Assembly (NCBI GenBank): GCA_037379345.1
Contig: CM074514.1
Coordinates: 2,790,001-2,854,000 of the forward strand
Direction: 5' to 3'
Source: Perna viridis
Lineage: Eukaryota
DNA length: 64,000 nt
Under the pieces are notes generated by a model. It was not told where the DNA came from. It did no database searches and was given only the letters and a program-made list of their open reading frames with translations. Made by a program: the position numbers and the translations under genes. Positions within the stretch are counted from its first letter, which is position 1; every line of letters begins with the position of its first letter. Below are positions 24,801-39,800 of the stretch, in pieces.

Positions 24801-27800
24801 TTGAACCTTAATTTAAATTTTTCTCAATCTTAGATTTGAAGAAGTTTTTTTATATTGAAGATGGTTGATATGGCTTGATATCAACATTCATCTACCAATT
24901 TGTGTCTTAATTGTGTAAATGCACTGGTTGTTAGTTAATATCTACTAAATACAAAGTAAGAAAATACCAACTGAACTTTGACCTATTTTTGGGAGAAAAC
25001 CAGTGTTCATTTGTCCTTAGTTTCATTTTTCACAGAAAAATAAAAAATCCAAATGAGTTATTGGGCTTACTGTAATTTGTTTTAGATGATGATGACGAAG
25101 GTGTTCACACCCCTCCTCCCAGTCCCGCAGAAAGAGATCAATATGAAGGTACCAACAATGTAGTCTTGTAACCTATAACTTGTTGTTAACTTACTTCAGC
25201 TTATGCTTTTCTCACTGCAGCTTAAAGGACAATTATACTTCAGGTGCAACTTCAGGAAGTTTTAGCTTCAGTTTCTCTCATTGCAGCTTAAAGGACAATT
25301 ATACTCCAGGTGCAACTTGAGGAAGTTTTAGCTTCAGTTTTAGTAAAAAGAAAATGAGAATTCCGTCCTAGCAATATCAATTGTATATTATATAATTAGA
25401 AATAAGTTCACGGTTATCATTGATGAACACTTATTAAATCATGGTCTGGAACATTTAGATTCTTAATCCATTGCATGAAATACAAAAACCATGCAATTGT
25501 TACCATGTAGAGCCCTTTATGAACGAAGGTTTTGAGTTTTTATGCTTTTTTATTAAAGCCTTTATGGAGATGAGATAAATACATGAAATTGATTCCTGTA
25601 ACTAGATATGATAATCATGGATGTCAGTAACAAAATATCTTTTCACAGAAAAATTTGATGGTTGCATTAGAATTGAGAAACTGTATTTTTTTATATGATT
25701 CTTTGTCATCAATCTTGATTTGTAAATAACTGTTTACTGGTTCTGCTGATACATTAGATTGAGGCTTCACATCTCACACACTACAGATATCTCCCAAACC
25801 ATGTACTGACTGTAGATCAGGAATGAGTGATTACATCATTAGCCTAACATTGAACAATTTCTTTTGTAAATATTAAACCTATGCTCTGGAGTATAACATT
25901 TACACATTTATAGGCTGTGGAGTAGAACCATACACATTTATAGGCCCTGGAATATAACCATACACATTAACAGGCCCTTGAGTATAACCATACATATTTA
26001 AAGGCCCTGAATTATAACCATACATGTTTATAGGCTCTGGAGTATAACCATACACACTTATAGGCCCTGGAGTATAACCATACACATATATAGGCCCTGG
26101 AGTATAACCATACGTATTTATATGCTCTGGAGTATAACCATACACATTTATAGGCCTTGGAGTATAAACATACACATTTATATGCTCTGGAGTATAACCA
26201 TACACATTTATAGGCCCTGGAGTATAACCATACAAAAGTATAGGCTCTGGAGTATAACCATACACACTCATATGCCCTGGAGTAAAACTATTCACATTTA
26301 TAGGCTCTGGAGTATAACCATACACATTTATAGGCCCTGAAGTATAACCATACACATTTATAGGTTCTGGAGTATAACCATACAAAATTATAGGCCTTAG
26401 GTTGAGAATTTTGTATTTTTGTTTATTAAGGCTATGAAACAGTTATACTTTGTTATAAGAATTGCATGAGCTGAAGTCTACTAAATCTAACACTTTTATT
26501 ACTTCACTTTTTTCATATAGATGTGAATTACACTACAAATTTATGAATTTTAAAAGCACTTTGGAAAGGGAATACATCTGCACAATTTTTGCGGTCATAT
26601 GATGGTATGGTGCTATCATTGTCTCTGTTGTCCTTTGTCAGTAGAATTTTGGTATTCTAGCAATATAATTTAATGGGTCTTGATAAAATTTTCTAAGTTC
26701 CATACCACAAAAAGAAGGTTTCTATTGAATTTTGAAGTTGCAGCCTCGGCCATTTGGGAATAAAGGCCAAAAGGATTAAAAATATTTTCTGAAGTTTTTT
26801 ATGGATCTCTATTAAATTGAATTACAATGTTCCATTCATGAGAGTTTTGATTGATTTTGGGGAGTTATGGCTCTGTCTGAATAGGATTGATGTACCAAAA
26901 GTGGACCATTAGCAAGCCATTTATAAAACTGAACTATATAACATAAGTACTACAAGGTGTACTACAAGGCTCCATACCTCACAAGTTAGTGTGTGATTGA
27001 TATTTAAACTACCTTCAACAGAGAAATAAAGAGCTGAAATGGTCCAAAACATGCATTTCCTGATTTCCTGGGAATGAGTAATCCTGAATGGCTCTCTGTA
27101 AAGTCCTTGCCACAAAAAAGGTTTTGTTTTTTTAAAGAGATTATTGTCCGAACCATTATTATGTACCGTAAATGGTGCCAAATATATATATATATATATA
27201 TATCTATATATGTTTCTTTAACTATGTATAAATTGTTCATTTCTTATTTCAAATATTCTTAACCACTTTCATTCTATTCAGAAACATACCCGATATGCTG
27301 TATTAAATATTTAATTGCAAACCAAATTAAGATCTGTATCAGATTTAATGTTGTGTCTAAAACTGTTCAAACTGTTTGGTATTAAGGTGTGCCCTGTGAA
27401 ACATTTGATTAGTGATTGCGTTTTAAGGGACTTGCTGTTACTAGTAAATAACAGAATGTATTCGGCACTAAGTAATACTTTGGGTTACAATAAGTCAGGA
27501 ATTTTCATAAGAATATCAAAAGTCTCAGAAAATTGTCCTCTATTACTTTACTAAGCTTAGTTGACTCTTTAATCATAAGTATCAAAATCTGACAATGATA
27601 AAGTTGACAAATAATTCATCAATGAAGTTCTGTTTAGGTTTGCCTGGCTTCAATGCTATTTGTATCATAATTGCTTAGGCTACATTTACTTCAGTCCTCT
27701 TAAATTAGGCTTTTAACAGACATATGATATGTGTTAAGGTTTTTTAGCTCACCTGGCCAAAGGCCATGTGAGCTATTGCCATCACTTGGCATTCATCGTC

Positions 27801-30800
27801 GTCGTCATCGTTAACAATTATACAAAACTCTTCTCCTCTGAAACTACTTGACTAATTAGAACCAAACGTGGTATGAATGTTTCTTGGGGTATACTGCATA
27901 GAAGTGATGTGGGGATTTTTGATTTGTCAAAAAACATGGCTGCCGTTACTAAAAATAGAACATAGGGGTCAGACATTAGTTTTTCACATATCTCTTAAAT
28001 CGTTAGGTTTAGTTGAATTCTGACATGGGTAAAAGTGTTCAGCATGATGAGATCTATCTCTGGTCAAATTTTGGTTTTAATCCGTTACGCCATGTTGGAG
28101 TTATTGCCCTTTTTCAACAAATTTTGCTATTTTTTATGTTATTTCTTTCAAAAATCTTCTCCTCTGACACTACTTGACCAATTGAAACCAAACTTGGTAT
28201 GAATGTTCCTTGGGGTATCTTGCATAGAACTGTTGTGGGGTTTTTCAATTCGTTACTAAAAATCTGTTACTAAAAATAGAACATAGGGGTCAGACTGTAG
28301 TTTTTCACATATATCTCCAAAACCATTAGGTTTATCCTAATTCTTTCAATGGCTGAAATGATCCATATTATTAGGACTACAAAAGTCTTCAGACTCCTCA
28401 TAAGAGTTATTGCCCTTGAAAGGCAAAAATGACTTTTTTAAATAGTCTTCAGTCAATATCTTGAAAACTATGATAGATTAAAAGAAACTTTCAATTGTCT
28501 AAAAGATCTTATAATAGTCCTACCAATGACTTCTCGAGTCAAAATTGTTGGACAATTTGTTTAATTTATTGCCTTTGAAAGGCAAAATTCAACAAGATGA
28601 GCGATTCAGGCTCCTGGGAGCCTCTTGTTTTTTTTAATCAATTAGATTTTCTGTTAAAGTGCTATGTTGATATCCCATAAACTGAGTCTTTTGCATCTTG
28701 GGCTTTGGCTTGGGCATGAGGCATTGATTAAAGCATAAAATACAATTGGCATGCAGATGATTAGCATGTTCAGGCATGTTTTAGGTTAAACCTAAAATCA
28801 TATACCTGTGTTACAATTAACCATGCAATAACCGGGATAGTAAGGAGATATCTCCACATGGCATTTATTACCAGGGTTATAAGGAGATATCTCCACTTGA
28901 CATATATTACCAGGGTAATAAGGAGATATCTCCACATGACATTTATTACCAGGGTAATAAGCAGATATCAGTGATTTTGTTACTCTTTTTTAAAAGTGTC
29001 CCCCTCCAGTTTGATTTGGGAAGAAAGTAAACCAATCAGGAATCAAAAAAGCTTGGTTAAACTGTGGTTTTTGGTAATATTGTATGATTTTTGAGATAAT
29101 TTTTATTGGGGAAACAGCCTGTACTCCAAGGTAAACTCAAGGTAACAAAATCATTGCTAATAAAATGTGAAAGTATTATGTAAACTTGGTTGTTTTTGTG
29201 ATCATTTGAAACCATTAACTTTATGACTTTATACAAATCTTGTCAAATGGAAGCACAAAAAAATCTTTCTCATATACTGAGTAGTATTGGTACACACTAG
29301 GATGTTAGCTTGTTACATTCATGTTATACATAGTGTTATTCATGGTTAATTAAAAATGCAGGTACCTGATAATTTCAGAATTATCCCAGAAATTTGGCCC
29401 AAAACTATTTCATAGAAAGATTTATAGGGCAGGGTTGTGATCAACATTGGCAAGTTTTTAGTGTTTTTTCTGTCTTTAAATGCTGCTAACATCAGATGAA
29501 GAAGAAGAATGTGAAGAAACTACAGAAATAGTAGAAACGTATACTGAACGTATTGATGATAATACCGTCAGAACTATCAGAAAAACTACCACTATAAACT
29601 CTCATGGTACAACCATACGTACTGAAATACTCAAAGGTATTTCTCACTGCTTTTGGTGGATATATTATTGTTTCCTTTTATTTTACTCTCTCACCAAAGA
29701 CTTTAACAGAATTATTTACAATTTATTTATAGCCATATTCTGGTGTGTTGTGTGGCTTTTGGTGGAATTCTTAACTCTTTACAACATGATTTCGACATTA
29801 TTTAACCTGTGATCAATTTTACTGGGTAATTCTACATTATAATTGCCCTGTACTTTTAGCTTTTGATGTTGTGTCTTTTAACATTTGGTCCTTAACATTT
29901 TTGTAGTCTTTTTAATGATTTAACATTTAACATTGATAGTCCTGATGTTCTATAGTTGCAAGTCCTGTCAAATGTCTAGATTTTTATTTTGAAAAGCTAA
30001 TATCCTGTTAGAATCTTGTTATAAAATAATAATTCATAATATATGTTGTGTGACTGCAAGTTGTTATGACTATGTACATCATATTGCCATGGTTACACAA
30101 TCTGTTCAATCTGGTCTGCATTAAGTGAAACTTGTAAAGTGCACTAAATGCATGTTGGGTATATTCTCTGTAATTTCTTGACAAGTTGTTATGACTATCT
30201 GCATGATATTGCCATGGTTAACAATCTGTTCAGGTCTGCATGTGTTATTTGATTCATCATCAAAGTTTTTTTCTTTTGACTTAAAGTTCACATGTTAATT
30301 ATATCTATTACCCATAAAGTTGACCTGTTAATTATATCTATTACCCATAAAGTTCACATGTTAATTATATCTATTACCCATAAAGTTGACTGTTAATTAT
30401 ATCTATTACCCATAAAGTTGACATGTTAATTATATCTATTACCCATACTCTCTGTTTAATATTTACCTGGACTTTACCTTCTTTCTATTATACTGTTATA
30501 CATCTGTCCTACTCAAAAAACTTCATAGACAGGTTGTTACAGTTAATTCAAACACTGTCATTTACTATTTCGTATTGAGGATATATACTGGTGCATTTAT
30601 TGTGTTTCACTTTATCCATTCTTTTTTCTACATCTCTCTTTTTTATAATTTTTTGATTTTAAGTTTTTTGAGAAATGGGAGAAAATAGAGAGGGAGGATT
30701 TTCTTTTTCGAAATATGCTTTACAAAGCAACACTATTTTTCACAAAAGTTTGGCACATTGTTCCTTAGTACCCACCCATCAACTCTTAACTGAATTGGAC

Positions 30801-33800
30801 TTTATTTTGAATTCTGTCCATCAGTCAGGCAAATCCTCATTGTTTTGGTCATACATTTAATATTTGATACATTGCTTTACCATGTCTAGTTACAGATTAA
30901 GTTTTGTTTGGGTCTGTTTATTTTTTGCTGAGTTATGATCTTTGGACTTTGAAAATTAATGTTGATTCAGTTTTTTACACTTTTCTCCTTAACAAATAAT
31001 GGATAAAGTTTGCATTCTGTTCTCTTCAACAGATTTTTTTCTTCTAGGAGATGTTGTATTGCCATGCAATACTCTCAGAATGCTTGTTTTTAATTGATGT
31101 GAGCTGCATTTTGATTTTTATAAATTTTTAATGTACATTTGTGAGCTATGGGACTTAATCCGATTTTTCTTTTTTGCATAATAACTCAAAAACACCGTCA
31201 GCAATATTCATGAAATTTTGGGTAATTGTTGAGTTCTAAAGATGTAATTTTCCGTTCCATTTCTGAAAAAAGTTTTTGAGCTGTTGGATATTATTCATCA
31301 AAATGGGGTGATTTCCCTATTACAAATATTTTATTAATGTAAATTGTAGGTTCCTAGTTGCTTTAGGGAGATAGTCAAATTATGGAGTGTTCTGAATCAC
31401 CATTACCAGTAGTGATTCATTTTTGTGCATTTTGATTATTAAGACCAGCTTAAATGGGATGGCCGCATAATCAACTGACGTTGCGACTCTATTATTTTGT
31501 TCATGTTCCGGTAATGCCATATTTCAGTATAATGTACATTGATGTATACTGTGAAAGTACTATTATTTGTGGGGTATCAATTTTCATGGTTTTTGTAGGA
31601 AGGCCAAACTACGAAATTTGGTTCCCAATGAAAAGGAGATTTCTATTGATATGGATATTGAAAACCTCAAAACCAAGAATTCAAAAATCCACAAACTTAC
31701 ATTTCTCCCCTAATCTATGAAAATTGGTACCCATGAATTACAATACAATGTTACTTACATGGTAGATTTCTTCTGAACATCTAATATAAAAGAGAATATA
31801 ATGTTAGTGGAAGTAACCATATGATGTTGATGGTAGATTCTCATCTTCAGTTGATTTTCAGATATCACAATGGAGTGTGGTATATATGCTAATCTATGTT
31901 AAAGTGTCCATCATTTTTTAAATAAATGAATTGTTGAAGGAATTTCAATGGTTTGAGAGAAAGTATCTAAGCATGAAGTGTGACAGTTATTGTGACTTAG
32001 AGTTTAATGAGCATGTATATTGTTCTTCCTGTGTATTAATGCCCAGTATTGCTGTGGACAGTAAAAATAATTTTTTTTTTTCTTTTTTGTGGCCACTTGA
32101 TAAATTCAATGTTTAGTCACATACTTCATTTATTAATTTCTAATAGTTTTCAATAACAACCAATTTTCATCAGTCTGTGATATATATAAAGATGTAGGCT
32201 AATATTTGATAAACAAGATTTTGAATTTGTGGTATAAAAAAATCTTGACAGTGAAAAACAAAAGTGAGACAAAATTTGATCCAAATGAAATTCAAGTATA
32301 AAAAAAAAATCCTAGCCTTCCCTTATAAATGCAGTGGTAATTTTATACTGATTTCAATCAGGTTGTAACAGATGTTTTAAACACTGTCAATTTTTATCTC
32401 ATTTCAGAAGAACAGCATCGTGATGCTTCCCTTGACCAACTTGCTGCTCGGTTGTCTCAGACTGACGAACCTGCAGGTGGCGCCAATGAAACTGGTGTGT
32501 AAATGTCTTGGTTGTTATAACGTCTTTGTGTCTCATGTTTTTTATTTGACAAATTGGACTTAGCATCAGGCAATATTTGCAATTCACATATATATGTATT
32601 AGGTTGTTATGTTACTACAACATGAGCTCTTGTAGAATATCCACATAACATAAATTGAGATAACCAGTAAAAAAATTGAAAATAATTTGGCTCTTTCAGA
32701 ACAAATAGTCCAAAAACTAGAATTTGCAAGTTATAGAAAATAGAAATGTGGCTAGTAATTAAGAAATATTGGAATTATGATGTGGATAGTCTAAGAAAGA
32801 TCTCTTTAATGTGGATGTTACAAAATTTGGACCTGACGTGTGACTAACACATTGGTAATATGTCTCCATGTGGAATATGCAGCACTATATGATGTTGTAT
32901 TTTACTAAGTAGCATTTAAATCATAATCAGTAGTTATTTTATATATATTTACATGGGTTGCTGGCAATATTGATATTTTTAAATCAGTGCAATTATATTT
33001 TGCTTATGGCTTTTTTTTTTATTACTAATGATAAGATAAAATCCTATAAAGTATATAGATTTTCCTTTTAATACCATATTTAACTTATTTATTTTATATT
33101 AATACTATTTTATCAGTCAAGGTTTACTATAGTATTACTGGATTGTTGGTGTTGCAGTACCATGTTTTACATGTATGTAACTCCTACAAACTACAAGAAA
33201 GATTTTTCTAAAGACATTTATTCTCAAGTATAATTTGGATGATTATGTGAGAGTATTAATTTCGCTGTTTCGCTTGATTGATTGTCAATCAAGAATTCTC
33301 ACAATCTTATCAGTTTTGAATAAATTACCTCATGGACATTGTGAAGTCAAGTCTTTGTGTTACTTTTGATTAAGCATGTTATTATTCTGTCTCTTTCATG
33401 TTAAATGCTTTTAACAATTTTTTAATTGATTTATGTTTTCATTTCAGTTGTGTTACATTATGTACACTCTCACAGATTATATTTAATGCATTGATTTGAC
33501 TTGACAGTATCATTTTAGGCAGCTACAGCCTATAGTGTTGATATTTTAGGCAGCTACAGCCTATAGTGTTGATATTTTAGGCAGCTACAGCCTATAGTGT
33601 TGACATTTTAGGCAGCTACAGCCTATAATGTTGATATTTTAGACAGCTACAGCCTATAGTGTTGACATTTTAGGCAGCTACAGCCTATAGTGTTGACATT
33701 TTAGGCAGCTACAGCCTATATTGTTGATATTTTAGGCAGCTACAGCCTATAGTGTTGACATTTTAGGCAGCTATAGCCTATAGTGTTGATATTTTCTGTT

Positions 33801-36800
33801 AAAGCAGTTACTGTTTATAAATAAGATTTTAATGCCAGTTGATATTTGTGAAATTTTATCTTATGATATCATTGAAAACCTTTTTCCATTTACTTGAGGC
33901 TTCTTAGATTGCTTGCAGATAATGTCTCCATATAAAGAATAAATACTCAGACACAACAATTTGCTTCCTATCAGTTCAGGTCAATATAAACACTGCCATA
34001 CCAATATAATGGAAGCAGGTTGTTGTGATTCATTTACTTTTTGGTATATCCGTCAATACTTTCTTAGTTTTCTTTGTGTATTTGCTGTGTTGGTTAATAT
34101 AACAGAGAAAACTAGGATTTGAATGTACTTATCACATGGAGGTAGAAGAAAAGCCATGCTTGTAAAGTTAACTACCACTCACTCTCAACATAATTAGATT
34201 GGAATTTGAAGAGAAAAGATCACTGCTTAGTTTACTGACATATCGGCTTTGGAAATATTGTCTGTTTTTAGTAGTTAACTTTACAAGTTAAAGGGTACCG
34301 TATAAACTAAAATACAATATGTCATCAAGATGAAAATGACATACAGTTAAAAAGTTTGATGAGATTTAAAATGCATGCAGTTAATGAAAACTTTGTAAAC
34401 AAGAAGTGAAGGCTAATCCTGGTTTTGATTGGTTTTCAGACTAACTGTATTTCAGTACAATAAATGCAACTTTTTGACTGTGTTTCGTGTTCTCTTGGTA
34501 AAATATTTTGCATGTGTTATATATTTGTGTTTATATTGGAAGAACCTTTTGTCATTACTTAGCTTTTGCACTGTGTTTGTGGCATTACTCCAATAAAATT
34601 GGATCAAGCATCTCATTTTTGCCTTATTTTGGTTGGCCATCTGCTTTGCTCATTGGAATGGCTGTCCAGTCACTGCTCAAGGTCAAAGTTGTTCGTTTTC
34701 TAGGTCACTCTTATTATAATCTTATTTAATGTAAACTTTCATTTTGTTTGGCATATTTATTTTCTTTGTTTAAAATTGAAATGAGGTGCTTAAATTGCTA
34801 GGTGTAACGAAGCTCAATGATTAAAAGCTAATTCAAACGGAATTCACATTTTCCCCTTTTTCTGGTGTCTCATTATTTTGATGTTTTAGTGTTTGATCTG
34901 TGACTTTCTGGACACCTAGCACAATGAGCAAATTAGACTGTCATCCTTTCCTTTGTTTCATTACTTTACATTTATTTTGCTTGCTTCTTAACCTGTGTTC
35001 TTGCATGTGACATTGTTTTGTGAATCTTGGTTTGATGAGCTCTTTTGAAATTTTGGATAAACTTGATTTTTGTTTGAATTTATTTGTTTTTGTTTTTGTT
35101 TTAACAGTATACTTTGAAATTTTGTTACTAAATTAGTTTATCTAAGAGGAAAGAAATCTAATCCGTTTTCAATTGTACAGATTGATATGTATTTTTTCTT
35201 CGTCTAAAGAACAATATTACACTGTTAAAATGCTATTGATAGTGAACATTCTAGTGCATTATTTATGGTTGTTTCTATGGTAACTAATTGAGCAGTTTGA
35301 TTGGACAGTTCCTTGGATATCCCAGTAGTTGATTCTGATCTGTAGTGATTGTCTGATTTTTTGGTTGGTTTGTGATGGATAGTGTAATCTTGGAGTGTCT
35401 TTAACAATGAAGGAACCTTGCTGTTGGCTTTGATTAACGTATGCTAGAATTACTCCTCTACGCTCTACATCTGTCGTCATTCTGAAGCTTTTTTCTAACA
35501 TATCATGTTGAGGTAGTGACATAAAAATGAAAAATCAATTATTTCAACAAAATAACAGTGAAAACCTGAGCAATGAGACAAACACATGGAACATTCAAAC
35601 GAGACAATAACCACTACTTAAACATATAGCATCTGAGATCATTATATTGCTAGCAGTCTGTAGTGAACAGCTTTCTTACTTAACCAATCAAGAACTAGCC
35701 TTTAGCTCTTCTAAGTAGCCAGAGACCAGCTTAAATACCAGAGTAGGACGCTGCTGTTAGACAGATCATCTATCATCATGTTTTACTAAATCTATATCTA
35801 TTTGGATTAAAGTATGTATCTTCTCTTTATATTCCTTAAGGACAGAAAAGGATTCAAACTGTTAAGGAATGATGATGTTAATAAAAAATTACTTGGCAGT
35901 AAAATCATCAGGAGAAAACAGAAAATATTTAAGTGTTACAATACATGTATAATGTGAATGTCTTGTATGTTCAAAATCATCAGAAAATTTACTTTCTTTA
36001 TACTTTCTTTTTTTTTGAAATAAAATGCAATACATATTTGCAATATTTCATCATCAACTGCTTAGAATCTTTTTCTGTTCTGAATACTAGCATAGATAGG
36101 GAAGCATGCTTTGTAAGGACAATCTGACGGAAGTAATAGTAGCATGAGTATTCAGAGTTTTCCATCTTCCACTGTTAAGCATGATAGTTTTGATCTGACA
36201 GGGATATTAACAGCATGCTTCCTTTCCATCTTTAGCAAATCACATCTGAACTTAGAAACTATTTCTGAATAATAACTGTTCCCTTAATTTGGTTGTTTTA
36301 GATGACAACAAAAAAATTGAGCTTTGATTGGGAAGCAGGAAAAGAGAAGTTATTTAATCATATTATGAGTGACAAATATAAATTTTCCAAACAAAACGCT
36401 CTCTCATTGTAGTCATAGATTTTAAAAGAAGCATGTGTATTTCAGTAGGTTGTAAATGGGATTAAAAGTTTCTAAGTCCAGATATATCATGCCAGCATCA
36501 AATATTTCTATGCCAAAAATAAACATAAATATATGAATAGGCAAACATGCAATCCTGTGTAGTATGAGTTTGTATGAATGCTTGTAATGTATCGTCTAGC
36601 ATGTCCATCATGTGTTGTCTTGGCACTGTTTAATTATTGCACTGATTCAAATTTCAGGTCCATTGATCCGGGAGAATATTGTCCAAGTAGAGACATCATT
36701 ATCAACATCAGCAGCTCCTCCTACTGGCAGTGTAGAGAGTGATGTTAGACAGGTAATATCAGAGGATGCCACCACTGTCCAGAAACAAAATCCTCAAACT

Positions 36801-39800
36801 GGGCACGTGGAACCTAATATGGTACAGTTGGTAGAAAGTCTTAGAGAAGATCTCATGCCTGAGGACCATAAGAATCAACAACCAGAAACTAGAAAACGTA
36901 AAATAACAGCATCGTCAAAGTCATCATCATCATCATCATCTTCATCTGATTCCGAATCAGAAAAGGAAGTAGATGGAATTCCACAGGAAACCACCAAAGT
37001 TGTAATCAGAGAAGAGGTTATTAAGATATCTCCTGAAGATCAATATAAGCCTACTTTGCCATCTGAGTCTGAGTCTGAACAGAATCCAAGTCAACAGATA
37101 TCTCCTGAAGATCAACATGAGCCTACTCTGCCATCTGAGTCTGAATCTGAACTAAAACCAAGTCAACAGGAACAATCTACACAACAAGTACTAGATGAGA
37201 AGGTCAAACCTCAAAGATCCAGATCTTTATCCTCCTCTTCATCATCATCTAGCTCAGATGAAGAAAAAGATGATAGAGCTGCTAATGATGAACTAAAAGC
37301 CATGGAAACTGAACCTGCTGTTATTCAAGCAGATGATAAGAATCAAAAACAAATTGAGATGACAGACGATAGGAAGCCTGTAAGGTCACCTTCTACTTCA
37401 ACTTCATCTGATGAGGAAAAAGAAGAAATGTTGGATGACAAGACAAATGTCAAGGAAGCTGAAACTGTGGTGACTACAGCTGCAGCGGCAAAACCTCAGC
37501 AGATAGAAATCTGTGAAGATAGTAAAGAGGTCATGGAACAGGTCAAACCTGACAAATCTAGGTCACACTCTAGTTCATCTGATGAGGGAAGAAGGGAAGT
37601 TGCAGAAGCAGCAGATGATACTAAAGTTGAGAAAAAAGTTGATGGTATACTTGACCCTCAACCATCTAAGGAAGAAAGACCAAGGTTATCCTCATCTAGC
37701 TCATCCTCATCAGAAGGGGGAACTTCTGTTGATATAAGGGATGAAACTAATAGTGAGGTGGTAACAAAAGAGGTTAAGGGATCCAAACCATCAGAAAGGT
37801 TACCATCAACATCATCAATAAGTTCTGACAAAGCAATAGAAAGAACTGAAGAAACTTTAGATGTACAAAAAGAGAAAATTACAAAGTCTGCAGGGGGTCA
37901 GCCACCTGTTCAGATTTCTGAGGCAGATAAACCTAGGTCAAGGTCATCTTCATCTTCATCTTCAAGTAGCTCAAGTTCAAGTGATGAAGACAAAAGAGAT
38001 AATTCTGGAGTTAGGAAGGAGTTTATAGAAGTAACCAAGACTAACATTGTGACAAATCAAGAACCCACTGCAGAACCTATTATTGATATGCCAACTGACA
38101 GTTCCGATGATGAAGACACAAAACCTGGATGTGAGGTTTCAGTTACCCAGAAAACAGTCATAAAAGTGAAAGAGGAGAGACCTGTCAAAACAGAGAAAGA
38201 AATAGAAGGAATATCTGAAGAAGTTAGGTCAAGGTCAAGTTCTTCCAGTTCTAAAAGTTCAGAGTCATCCAGTGAAGGTCAAGATAGCAGTACTAGAATC
38301 TTAACCCAGGTGGAGAGACAAGAGAGATTTGAGACTGTGAAGAAGACAACATTTACGGGACGGTATGGAGCTAAGGATTTATCTGAGACACCAGGTATTT
38401 GATATTGCTGTATTTTGACCAATGGTTGTGATTTAAGTCAAATGTAAGGCAGAAAAATGTTGTGCTGTATTTACTCAGTGTGTATTTGTCTTCCAGCATC
38501 CAACAAGATTTTACACAATTAAATTTGGGCATTTCAAGAAGTTTGAGTTTGAACTATTTTTTGTGAAATTAAAGCCCTCCAAACCTACTGAAGCAATATA
38601 AGTTGCCAAAGAATATGATTTTCAAATTGTAAGTTATAAAAAATCTCTGCCATAGAAATAGGTGTCCAACCTAAAATTCAGTAACTACTTATCAAATGTG
38701 TATTTTTGTGGAGTTAATTTCCTTTAAATCTAACTTCTTCTATGAGAACATTTAATCTTAGTCTATTAACACTTTGGTTATATATCTTTCAATGACTTTA
38801 TGATTTTCTGATGTCTTCCTAACTTTCTACATTATTTGTAATCAAGATGCATCTTATATTGTATATCAATTTATACTTTAATATAACAATGATATAATGT
38901 TGATCTGCAATGGGTTGGTGATGATATATGTAAACATGATGACTAAATAAGAAGCATTTGTAAAGGGAAACTACTGGTACTTGAATGTTCTTTTTGATTT
39001 GACTCAATGGTCTATTTAGGATGATAGAATCTCTGAATAGCTTGCTTTCAACAACTGTACAGCTTTTGCTATAAAGATAAGTAAAATTGACATTAAAAAA
39101 AGAGGGATTCACTAGCTTTTTACACAGCAAATTTTACTGAAACACCAGATGGTAAATCAGTTTAATTGAAAAATGCATTAACTTGTGTGTGATGATATCC
39201 AGTGAAACATAATAAGTGATTAGGAATGTTTTTAGAATTTGTTTTAGAATTTGCATTATTTTATGGATTGGTTTTAGGGAAAGAGTGGTTTGTGTTCAGT
39301 TGTGCTTATTGGTTACATCAAAATCAAGAATTTTTACCAACACACTCCCTGTCTAATTAGGGTTTGACTTTGTGGTTCTGCTAAACATTATGACTGCTAT
39401 AGTTTAGAGCATGATTTCTTTGTTAATGTGTAGCTTTGTCTATTATCTGGTCAGTTACTGTTGTTGTTGCCTACCTCTGTCAAATAGATCTAACTATATG
39501 GGGCATGCAGATAACTTATACAGCTAACAACTCTGGGAAGATTCCAGTCTTAAGCGGTTATGTGAAGCTCCCTGACTATCAGCTGTACTTACTATTCATT
39601 CAAATATGTAAGGTAATAGACAAGAATGTTCCTACATAACTGTAGGAAGCATGTTGATATAGACTGTACTTGTATATCTGGAGGATCCTGTATCTACATA
39701 CTCAACTGTTTCTCAACTGTATCATACTTGATAATTTATGGTATACTTGCACATTTTATCAGCAGAAGAGGTTTTTATTGAAGATACAGAAGATATTGGG

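Noticed and set aside
25900-26385. 161-aa minus-strand ORF with [10 protein letters not shown] repeats, resembling a Tyr/Gly/Pro-rich adhesive or shell protein
   Set aside because: Coincides exactly with a 30-bp minisatellite, has no signal peptide or non-repeat flanks, and is open on both strands simply because the unit is a stop-free multiple of 3.
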